This document shows, piece after piece, positions 53,213 to 64,000 of a DNA stretch of 64,000 nucleotides. The stretch is from Octopus sinensis (Eukaryota): contig NC_042998.1 in the NCBI RefSeq assembly GCF_006345805.1, positions 89,714,001 through 89,778,000 of the forward strand, read 5' to 3'. Below the pieces are notes generated by a model that was given only the letters and a program-made list of their open reading frames with translations, made no database searches and had not been told where the DNA came from. The translations under genes and the position numbers were made by a program. Each line of letters begins with the position of its first letter. The first letter of the stretch is position 1.

Positions 53213-54362
53213 CAACGTATCGCAAAAAAAAAATGTATACACACCACACATTAACAGCTGTTAACTCGATTTTTATTTCTTTTTAGATCTAATCCGTTAG
53301 AAATAATAAAGCCTTGAACGAAGGAAATTTGTTCCAAAGTGCTACTGAGAACGCAGTCGAAGAGCAAAATTATTTTATTAGCAGAATCACGCTATTTATC
53401 ATAACTTGTGTTTGAGATTAGTTTTAAGCAGGCGGAACTAATCAGAATGTACACGTGAAACGTTCTGGAAGAGTGCGGATATCAACGAACCCCACAAAGC
53501 AAGAAAGAGTACGAGAAATGTATTTTGCCAGAGCTCAAAAAACTTGTGTAGCTAGCAAATCATGATATAGAAGTTTCAAAATCAAGCGTCCATCGCATTT
53601 TGAAGCAATATTTTTGGGAAAGTTGCATTCCAAGAACAGTCCATGTTCTTGATGATGCTCCGGGCCGATGAATAGAGTTCTGCGAGTGGTACTTGGTACG
53701 ATATATAAAAGACGCCCACTTTCCAACAAAGATAGTTTGGTGTGAAAAGGCTACATTTAATTTACATGGCTTAGCCAACCGCTACAATTTCAGATAGTGG
53801 GGACCTAAGAATAGGCGGTGGACATCATGTTAATTTACCAAGTGTTACAGTATGGTGCTGCATATTATTAAGAGGGTTAAATGGACATTTTTTTTTCGTG
53901 GTATTAAGGCATATCTTATTCATTTGAACTTGCTGTGACAATCTGTCATACGAGTACTTTGAAGATATACAGTTTTATTTCCAGCAAGATGAAGCACTCC
54001 CACACTACGATAGTAACATAAGGGCCTTCTTTGAAACTTTGCCAAACAGGTGGATTGGATTTTTATAGGGGATACTTAAAAGAGAAAGTTTGCGGTACGA
54101 AACCGATAACAGTTGACGAATTGAGAGTAGTCGCTGAATGAGAAGGTGCACAAATACCGAAAGAAATGTTTCTCGGTGTTTGTGATTCTATTGCTTCGAG
54201 TTATTCTTAACTCCTGCACCAGAAATGTCATCGGTCTGAAAACTGGCGATCATAAAAAATTTAATTCTGACTTTTGAATTTAATTTTGAAAATGAAATAT
54301 ATTTTGATAAAAACATACTTTCTGATCATTCAACATGCGTATACATTTTGAGGAACCCTCTG
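53213..54362 (+). mobile_element. Tc1/mariner superfamily transposon of DD41D (rosa/Visitor) type, decayed, TA-flanked
   Basis: SKSSVHRILKQ, IEFCEWY, IVW.E.ATFNLHG..NRYN.RYW, VTVWC, YFQQDEA.PHY, LPNRWIG, GYLKEKV. Ends CAACGTATCGCAAAA..ATGTATAC and GTATACATTTTGAGGAACCCTCTG are imperfect inverted repeats; TA at 53211-12 and 54363-64. Confidence 0.75.
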
Positions 54363-54368
54363 TATATA

Positions 54369-54552
54369 TGAGGAAAGAGTAAGCAAAGTTGTGGCGAAAG
54401 AGTCAGCAGAAGTTCGCTTTTACTTTCTGCCGGAGCCGCGTGGAGCTTAGGCGTTTCGTTCATAAACACACACATCGTCCTGGCTGAGATTCGAACCCGC
54501 AATCCCTCGACCGCGAGTCCGCTGCTCTAACCACTGGGCCATGTGCCTCCAC
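54369..54552 (-). mobile_element. Short tRNA-derived SINE (family E) with well-preserved pol III boxes
   Basis: Reverse complement GTGGAGGCACATGGCCCAGTGGTTAGAGC (box A) ... GGGTTCGAATCTC (box B), followed by a non-tRNA body. Confidence 0.8.
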
Positions 54553-54964
54553 ACATACATATATAGTAGATCTAAAAAAGAAGAACAAACACGAAAAAAA
54601 AACAACGATGCGAGGACGTGGTACATGTAAAGTATTAGCAGACGCTCAGGGAAGGAAAGAAAGATGGTTTAGAGAGAGAGAGAGCCAACAAATGAGATCG
54701 AGAGAATCTCAATATAGAAAACACTTTGTAGTGCTCAAATAATTTGAACTTACACTCCGATATATTCACCGAGGACTAAGTCAGCAGGTTAAAAAGTATC
54801 TATAAAAGGAATCCAAGTGAACAGATATGAAGACAATGATTCAAATAAACAAATAAAACCTCGGGTTTTAATGTACAAAACATATATGAGTGCATACATG
54901 TAAAAAGCGAGGCAGATTCAAAATTTTCAGTTTATGCTCAATCAAGTATGAATATATTCTTTGA

Positions 54965-55341
54965 TTCTTTTACTTGTTTCAGTCATTTGGCTGCAGCCAT
55001 GCTAGAAGAGCGCCTTTAGTCGAACAAATTGACCCTATGACTTATTCCTTGTAAGTTATTCTATCGGTTCTTTTGCCGAATCGATAAGTTACGGGGACGT
55101 AAACACACCATCATCAGTTGTCAAGCGATGGTGGTAGGGACAAACACAGATGCACACAAATATATATACACACACACGTGACGGGCTTCTTTTAGTTTCC
55201 GTCTACCAAATCCACTCACAAGGCTTTGGTCAGCCCGAGACTATAGTCGAAGACACTTGCCCAAGGTTCTACGCTGTGGGACCGAGCCCAGAACTATGTG
55301 GTTGGTAAGCAAGCTTCTTACCACACAGCCACGCTGCGCCT
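54965..55341 (-). mobile_element. SINE family B, full length, antisense to the gene
   Basis: CACACAGCCACGCTGCGCCT head end; TTTCCGTCTACCAAATCCACTCACAAGG; TCTTTTACTTGTTTCAGTCA tail. Confidence 0.88.
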
Positions 55342-55380
55342 TTTTTATATATGCATATATATAGAGAGAGGGAAAATTTA

Positions 55381-55749
55381 GATAACATAAACTCAAAGAA
55401 TTAGAGGGGAGAAGGAGCTACAAGTTCGACGACTGTTTCTGAGGGTTCGAAGTTACTTCATAGTGTTGGCAGATGTAGTTGATTAAAAATTTACAGCCGG
55501 TAACGAAAGAAAACAAACATTGGTAAACTCTAGAGCCTCCTTCATCAGATCATTATACGGGAAGATTTATAGGTAGAATTATCTGATACTTTAGACATAT
55601 ACTTATCCACTCTGATGAAGGAGGCTCTAGAGTTTACCAAAGTTTGTTTCCATTACCGGTTGCAAATGCTTGATCAACTACAAGCCCTCGGAAACAGTTG
55701 TTGGACATGTAACGCCTTCTCCTCTCTAATTCTTTGAGTCTATGTAATC
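55381..55749. repeat. Long inverted repeat, probably an inverted pair of Penelope pseudo-LTRs
   Basis: Arms 55381-55549 and 55611-55749; innermost 30 bp perfectly complementary; each arm contains CTGATGA and GAAAC-N4-GTY. Confidence 0.75.
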
Positions 55750-55919
55750 TTAGTAAGTTTACTCTATATATGTATGATATATATATATATATATATATAC
55801 ACTTGGTTGTTTATCGCCTGAAAATCTTGAGTTTGACTCTCTTTCTAAATGTATACTTATATATGTATTCTGTACATTAAAACCCAAAGTTTTATCTGTT
55901 TATTGGAATCATTGTTTAC

Positions 55920-55995
<76 letters not shown>

Positions 55996-56823
55996 ATTTC
56001 GGAATGGTCGTTTTGCCAGTTTAGCCAATATATATATATTCGCTCTATTCATAATAGTTAGCTATCATCACTTGCTATGTTTAAGATATATACACACTTG
56101 TTTAGCCTTTGTTAAATGACTAACATTATTGTGATTATTTTAATCTAACTTCGTTCCAAATTTCCCAGTAGCTGACAGCATCTATTTAATCAGTTCCTCT
56201 GGGTTTTTTTTTTTTTAGTCTCACTTACTCAATATGATAGGGTTTCACTTCACAATTTCACAATGCAATAATTTCGTTTAATTATACTAAATTGCATAAC
56301 TTATAATTAACTTCCGTTTTGTGCTAAAAAAAATCTTTATTTTTCTTGATATCAAACATTTACACATAGATTTAACTTACATATACGTAAATTTCAAAAA
56401 TATATCAACAACAATTAATTCTTTTCTCTTTAAACTCAAAGTAGTGTTTGTCTTTAAATTTAAGACAAAAAGCATGTTTAGCTTGTATCGAAATACGGAA
56501 TGTAACAGCTCAGTATTTAAAATTTGCTCTTTTTCTTTAAATCCTACCACATAGCTTATCTTCACACAATAATTTCTATCTAAATATGGAATTCATCTGG
56601 CAGGCTTCCGAAATTTATTCTAAATTTTAAGACTACCATTTTTTCATTATCATTCTTTCCCACTTCTTTCCTTTCTCTTTATCATTTTTGTTCAAAGCAT
56701 ATTAGCGATGAGACAATGAATATTCTTAGTATGCACTGAACTATTCATTGAGAAATGAAACAAATTTATAATTTTTCAAAATTACATGCTTACATACATA
56801 CAAACATACTCACACACACACAT

Positions 56824-56858
<35 letters not shown>

Positions 56859-56895
56859 ATATATATATATATATGCGTGTGTGATTGTGTGTGTA

Positions 56896-56944
<49 letters not shown>

Positions 56945-56945
<1 letters not shown>

Positions 56946-57485
56946 AAGGGTAAAGACCCCTTTGGTCATGAACGACCATGAGAATGCACCTAGAAAGTTT
57001 CCCTCCGAGGCACAAGTCCAGGCAAGGTTGTTTATTGTAGATCAGCGGTTGCCCATGCATACCAGCCTCCCCCTCTCCACATCACCGATGGAAAAGGCAA
57101 GGGAAAGACAAAGGTCGATACAGCTTGGCACCAGTGATGTCACAACTCATTTCTACGGCTGAGTGAATTGAAGCAACTTCAAATAAACTGTTTGCTCAAG
57201 TTCGATTCCCGCACCGGGCTGTATTGTGTTCTTGAGCAAAAAGCTTTATTTCACGCTGCTCCAGTACACTCAACTGTAGAAATGAGTAGCGACGTCACTG
57301 ATGCCAAGTTGTATAGGTCTTTTTCTTTTCCCTTGAATAACATCGGTGGCGTGGAGAGGGGAGGCAGGTATGCATGCGTGACTGCTGGTCTTCCATAAAC
57401 AACTTTGCGTGGACGTGTGCCTTGGAGGGTAACTTTCTTGGTGCAATACTTTGGTCATTTATGACCGAAGGAGGTCTTTACCTTT
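56945..57485. mobile_element. Head-to-head inverted pair of family C SINEs (minus 56945-57200; plus 57201-57485)
   Basis: The reverse complement of 57231-57485 aligns end to end with 56945-57200. Both end in GGTCTTTACC(C/T)TT; the plus copy begins at a box B-like TTCGATTCCC. Confidence 0.88.
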
Positions 57486-57516
57486 TGTGTGTGTGTGTGT
57501 ATTTGTATATAGCTGT

Positions 57517-57581
<65 letters not shown>

Positions 57582-57654
57582 ATATGCATATATATATATA
57601 TGTATATATATATATGTATATATGTGTATATATGTATATCTATGTAGATATATA

Positions 57655-57708
<54 letters not shown>

Positions 57709-58000
57709 CACGCGTGTGTGTGTGTGTGTCTAAAATTCTAATTTCTTTCATTATATATATATATATATATAACATGACTCTTCTCCTAAGGCATGGTGGT
57801 TATTGCACCGGGTGTATTCTGTACTTTGCATTTGGAATTCATATTTTCTTATTCTCTATATTTATTTGTTATGTAATTTCTTTGCCTTTGCCATCTCGAT
57901 TTCTCGTCATAAGATTTGATGAGATTAATTGTTTGAGTTTTTTTTAATATGTCAGAAGGTTTACAATTTCCTTTAACATTTTTCTTTTCCATTTCTTTAG

Positions 58001-58057
58001 TCCGATTATGGTAGTGGCTCAGGAAGTGGACGTGATGAAATAATAGTGCCAACTCAT
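58001..58057 (+). CDS. COL15A1/COL18A1: Multiplexin coding exon: Ser-Gly linker SDYGSGSGSGRDEIIVPTH, phase 0-0, 57 nt
   Basis: Long polypyrimidine tract with TAG acceptor (57999-58000) and GTAAGT donor (58058). In frame with the 34092 exon. An SG-repeat acidic linker follows TSPN in collagens XV/XVIII. Confidence 0.85.
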
Positions 58058-58409
58058 GTAAGTACAAGATTCTTTCAAGCCTCCTTTTTATAAATCCAAT
58101 CGTTAGTTTATCTTAAAATACTTGTGGTCTGTAGAGATAGATAGAACTTACAGTTCACGAATTCCATGAAATACTCTTATTAATCGATGTGATTGATTAT
58201 TTTGCATTGGTGCTATGTAACATAATGCAATAAGAGGATTCCCTGATGATCTGTTGTGGTTAGCATCCAATTGCAGAGTTCCAAGCAATCAGAAGGTTGA
58301 AACGTAGAAGTGAATTATATAAACTTGCGATTATTGTAATATCTCGTGTGTGTGTGTGTGCGCGAGCGCGCACGTGCGTGTGTGTGTGTGTGCGTGCGTG
58401 CGTGTGCGT

Positions 58410-58447
<38 letters not shown>

Positions 58448-58927
58448 TTGCGTGCGTGCGTTTGTGTGTGTATGTGTGTCAGAAATTGCGAGAAACGCCA
58501 GTGTACATATATATCCTTTTCCCCTTCACAAGTAGCGTTAACATCGAGATAATTGAATAAAACTCAACAAGAACCCAATCAATTCAGTTAATGTAAATCA
58601 TTATCATTGCCTATGAGATTAAATTTAACCCCACTACGGTGTCTACTTTCAGTGAAATAGACCCTGATGTTTATAAATTAAGGACTTTGTGCATGGACAT
58701 AATACTGCCAGTTATAGGGCGTAACACCTCAGCCTTTTCCTTGTTAACTGGTACTTGTCCAACCCAATTTCAGTGTTTTAACTTAATTCTTCATTATCTT
58801 GTTTCACCTCACTGTAATGTATGTGTAAGTATGTGTGCGTGTGTATGTATATTTACAAACACATACACAGACATAAATATAAATAAATAAATAAAAAGAA
58901 AAAAAAAAAAAATATATATATATATAT

Positions 58928-59325
58928 AGGAGTGGCTGTGTGGTAAGTAGCTTGCTAACCAACCACATGGTTCCGGGTTCAGTCCCACTGCGTGGCATCT
59001 TGGGCAAGTGTCTTCTGCTATAGCCCCGGGCCGACCAAAGCCCTGTGAGTGGATTTGGTAGACGGAAACTGAAAGAAGCCTGTCGTATATATATATGTAT
59101 ATATATATGTGTGTGTGTGTGTGTTTGTGTTTGTCCCCCTAGCATTGCTTGACAACCGATGCTGGTGTGTTTACGTCCCCGTCTCTTAGCGGTTCGGCAA
59201 AAGAGACCGATAGAATAAGTACTGGGCTTACAAAGAATAAGTCCCGGGGTCGATTTGCTCGACTAAAGGCGGTGCTCCAGCATGGCCGCAGTCAAATGAC
59301 TGAAACAAGTAAAAGAGTAAAAGAG
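58928..59325 (+). mobile_element. SINE family B, full length, apparently the least decayed copy
   Basis: AGGAGTGGCTGTGTGGTAAGTAGCTTGC head through GACTGAAACAAGTAAAAGAGTAAAAGAG tail. Confidence 0.92.
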
Positions 59326-59329
59326 ATAT

Positions 59330-60015
<686 letters not shown>

Positions 60016-60508
60016 TATAAAGACATTTAGATCACTTCAAATGTGTTTGAGACATATGTGATATGATGTACAAAGACCGTACACATTGCTGTTTGCCATT
60101 GAGAATTATTCCCGCAATGGGCATTAGTTATTTAAAAAAATACTGGTAGTTTTTACAAGGTATCCTCTGCTAGAGACGTTGAAGGCTAACTCTCTTGCAG
60201 TAGATAGTGCTGATGATAGCCAGCAAGTTAGAAATGAATTCACCTCTTCCGTCGGGGGCGACTGTTGCCGTTTTTTAACACCTTATACCTAAAGGGAAAA
60301 TTCTTCTCGACGGCAGATAGCGCCTTTGTACATGTTAGATATGTCCCAGATATGTTTGTTTGTTTACTCGTTACACTGTTTTCGCATACCTACTACAATA
60401 TGTGTATGTATTAGTGTATCTTATATACTTGTCTATGTATGTATATGTATATTTATATATATGTCTGATTGACAGAAAGATAGATAGTTAGACAGATAGA
60501 TATATAGA

Positions 60509-60565
<57 letters not shown>

Positions 60566-60980
60566 TGTATATCCCAGGGCCCCAATAATTACAGGTATAA
60601 ACCTGAACTTGTAATCTGGATAGAGTAAATGCAGATTTCTCAATAGTTCAGCGTAGGTATTCTCTTTTTCACTGATCTTCAGCTTTATGTTAACATCCGC
60701 TGGACATCTACTTTCCACAACTCTACACAGTTTCTCTTCTCTATCCCAAACCATTATATCAGGTCTGTTGTGCTTACATTTCATTGAGGTCTTCACTGGG
60801 ACATTCCACCAGTACTCCTTTTTATTATGAGTGATATGGCATACTGTGGGTTCTTATTTCTATTTCCTCGGGGCTATCCTTCTGACGGATTTCATTATAG
60901 AGTGTCCTAGCTACAACATCATGTTTCATGGGTAGATAATACCACAATGACATTTTCGGACTACTGCTTATGATGTGGAT
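60566..60980 (-). mobile_element. Second RLE-type non-LTR retrotransposon fragment (zinc knuckle end plus RLE), a different family from 1-1430
   Basis: HIISS.PKMSL.YYLPMKHDVVARTLYNEI; EYWWNVPVKTSMKCKHNRPDIMVWDREEKLC.VVE..CPAD.NI..KISEKENTY..L..IPVIIGALG. Confidence 0.8.
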
Positions 60981-62530
60981 GGTATGTATGTATTTAAAAC
61001 CAACTACTTCAGTGTTGTTCTTTGCGATGGATTATTGTTACCCCGTCCAAAGAGAGATTTATCTTTCCTCTCTCTGGTTATGGCTTCGAGTAAGGAATTG
61101 AACATTAACTTCATGAATTCTGGAAAATACGTTACCTCATTACTAATTCAACCATTAATACAATATACTTAGAGGAGAAAATGCAACCGAAATGTTGGAA
61201 AACGCTAATTGAGCTAGAAAAATAATACTAAGATGTGGGACTCCTCTCTCACTCTCTATGCAATCTTTTGCATAAACTTAAACATTTTAAAACAAATATC
61301 AGTTTTAACGTTTATAAAAATGAATTTCTTTTATATTCATACTCATCAGCTTGATGTTTTTCAAGCGGGGAGAGAAAATGTCACAGAAATTCCGTCATTT
61401 GAAATGGATTCTATTAAAATTATCTAATATATATGGCTAGTTTATCAAAGTAAATCATAATCTCGTTAATCTAAAATAAGCCATAATCTCGTTTAGAAAT
61501 CAGCTTAATCTTGTCATTTGTTCATTGTTTTTCTTTTCATGTTTGGTTTCAGTTTGTCTGCACAATAATGAGTTCTACAATAACGGAACAATTGTTTTAT
61601 TCACGATTATTTTTGCGTGTGTTCTTTTGCAATGTTGTATCAACGCTTCCATTAAGAACAGAGACTGTTTACACATCCAAAATAGACATTTAGTGTCTTA
61701 TTCAAAATACAATTAAAACAATCTACAATTGAACATTTACCATGTTATGATGGTTTATTTACAATGAAGCTTTATACTGACGGTCGTATATTCACAATGA
61801 TCATATTTTTAAAGCATAATTATACATTTCCAATTCGTTGCTACTGTCGTATGTTAATTTTGAATTAGTGGAGTCATTGACAATTGGATGGTTATAACAT
61901 CCGGTAAGGGTATCTTTGTTAAAAGAAAGTATTAAAACAGCTGTACGATCAGCAGCAACTTTCCCTTTGGACATCCTTTGTTTGCAATAAATATTAAAAT
62001 CCTATTGTTTGCGTGTTGTTTACGACAATGACTTGTTTGTTATTGAACCTCTCACCAGACAGCAATCGAACGCTGACTAGAATATTTTAAATCCACGTAA
62101 CTTGTTCTTTCTTCCCACCTGTAACTGGGAATAGATGAATTCGTAGATACATACATACATACATACATACATACATACATACATACAAATGTACGTACAT
62201 ACGTACGTACATGCAGAGAGAGAGAGGAACTAGAGATAGCTGCTTATAGAGGTATTTCATATATACACATGGTACATATTTAGAGCTAAGAGAACTGAAC
62301 TGCTTCAATGAAAGTTTAGTTTCTGGGTCAGTGGTGATGATCAAATACATACAGAGGATCGTTCCATCAATAGGTCGGCATCTAACTGATTCAGTAAAAC
62401 AAAACCCCCATTTTCTAAACTAATTCTAAATTCGTAGTCTATTCATATAACCACACCTTTTGTAGTCTAACAGTTGTGGGATATCAGATCTTGGAAACAT
62501 TTTTACCAAAAGAAAAAGATCACATACATT

Positions 62531-62544
62531 TGTTGTTACTGTTG

Positions 62545-62576
<32 letters not shown>

Positions 62577-62680
62577 GGTGGTGGTGGTGGTGGTGGTGGT
62601 GTGGTGGTGGTCCTGGTGCTGGTGCTGGTGGCGGTGGTGGTGGTGATGCTGCTGCTGCCACTGGCAGTGGTAGTGTTTGA
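62531..62680. repeat. (TGT)n-(GGT)n-(GCT)n trinucleotide tract
   Basis: Directly visible. Confidence 0.9.
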
Positions 62681-63229
62681 CCAAAGACGATTCTAATTAA
62701 TCAGACCTAACATCAAAATCTTTCCACCAGTGACCATCCCATTTCTTTTGAGTGTATCAAACATATCCAATATGTCCTATTTTAAAATGGTGGGTGTACT
62801 TTCTAGAAAAATTACCATTACTTGAAAGTCTTCTGATACTATATCTACCTCTTTACTTGCGCAGAATTCATTCTGTTGCAAGCATTCAGACTAAATCTGT
62901 GGGCTGAGGATTAATTTGGTTGTTTCTACATTAGATGCAATATGATGTTAGTCCAAAAGTAGAGAGTGAAAAATAAAGTTAAAGTGGGAAATTACTGGAA
63001 ATAAAACAAAATAAGAATAATACAAAATAAAAGGAAAAGATGTCTGTTAAGTACAGAGGTACAGGGTGCTCAGGTTAAACTTGATGATAATTTTTTTTTT
63101 TGTATGTCTCCTTTTGTTTTCATGAATAACTTGATGTATTTATGAACAGTAAACAGAGTTGGAGGGTATAAAAATTTTAAATCGTAGTCAGGAAAAAGTT
63201 AGCTAACACGGAGGACTGGAAGTCATCTA

Positions 63230-63946
63230 AATATTGGAAAATAGTTACCTGTATTATGATGATTCGTGTTGGGTATCAAAATGCTGACAACATGACTACT
63301 GCTCAATGTTCTGTGAACCCAATAAGAGGCCGTAACATGTGACATAGATAGCTGCAACAAAGACTACAAAACTATGGCCAGCAGAAAGGAATACAGCAAG
63401 TAATCTGTGTACACACACAGGAATTCATTTCCACATCTTTGAACAGTGCCTTGGCTCAATCCAGATGGCTATATGAAGCTGCTGGAGACTGTAGGCAAAC
63501 CCTGGCTAGATGGGGTTGCTGCTGGAAGGCCGTAATTTGGTACCAGGTTTTTGCCATACCCTCACAAAGAATCAGAAGTGGTTGTCACAGAATTTCTACA
63601 GCTTCACCAGTGCCAATTTCTGGCCTCCTAATTTCTTTGATAGTAAACCCATAGATTATGGGATGCTGTTGGGAAAGACACCAGCTGCTTGCCTGCAACA
63701 CCAAAACCGAGCTTGATGCCCAAGATCCAAAAGTTGTTCAAAGATCTTCTCTGATAAATGCATGCACTAGTTTCTGGAGCAGTCTTGAGACTGTGGTGGA
63801 AGCTGAAGGTGGCTACTTTGAGTAAACTATTATCTCCTGGACATAATCTAATTGATATATTTTGATTTTTTAGGTACTTTATTTTTTGGATGGGATATTG
63901 TTTTCTTTTCCTTTTATAAAAACTGTCAAATTTAACTTGGACACCC
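63230..63946 (+). mobile_element. DD37D (maT)-type transposase remnant with internal deletion
   Basis: YMKLLETV.KPWLDGVAAGRP, SQKWLSQNF..FTS.NFWPPN..D.KPIDY, CNTKTEL and LETVVEAEGGYFE*; end TTAACTTGGACACCC resembles a Tc1/mariner terminus. Confidence 0.72.
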
Positions 63947-64000
63947 AAATTTAGCATACTCAAAATCTGTACAAATGCATAAAATATGAATGTGGCTAGT

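Noticed and set aside
54480-54552. Possible tRNA gene
   Set aside because: Boxes A and B are good, but the acceptor and anticodon stems do not pair and a non-tRNA body follows; called a SINE.
62531-62680. Gly-rich ORF as a collagen exon
   Set aside because: It is a (GGT)n microsatellite, not Gly-X-Y, and has no splice sites.

Overview
AT-rich, microsatellite-saturated eukaryotic DNA. The repeat families and the density of (TA)n, (CA)n, (CATA)n and (ATT)n tracts point to a coleoid cephalopod, probably Octopus (inference, no database search). The only host gene I can support is a + strand multiplexin (collagen XV/XVIII-type) with three coding exons: 14660-15225 (TSPN domain), 34092-34157 (end of TSPN) and 58001-58057 (Ser-Gly glycosaminoglycan-attachment linker). 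These give 689 coding nt over 43.4 kb, with introns of 18,866 and 23,843 bp. The signal-peptide and Gly-X-Y exons were not found and probably lie outside the window. The rest is intron filled with decayed mobile DNA: RLE-type LINEs (Dong/R4-like), L1/Tx1, RTE, CR1, Penelope pieces, a Gypsy-type LTR with a tRNA-Trp primer site, mariner, DD41D and DD37D transposons, a Helentron-associated (HINE-like) element and at least four SINE families. Most interesting observations: (1) the TSPN domain has lost both canonical cysteines and carries an N-G-T sequon at the first site; (2) retroposons appear to home on specific microsatellites, with ATT-linked SINE chains and TATG-linked RTE ends sharing a 3' stem-loop; (3) several long inverted repeats lie in the pre-mRNA, including a head-to-head SINE pair, a Penelope-like palindrome with hammerhead-like motifs, a mariner fold-back and a perfect 28-bp repeat. 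I found no CRISPR array, rRNA or true tRNA gene, and no clearly new multi-gene system. Repeat boundaries were read by eye and are approximate.
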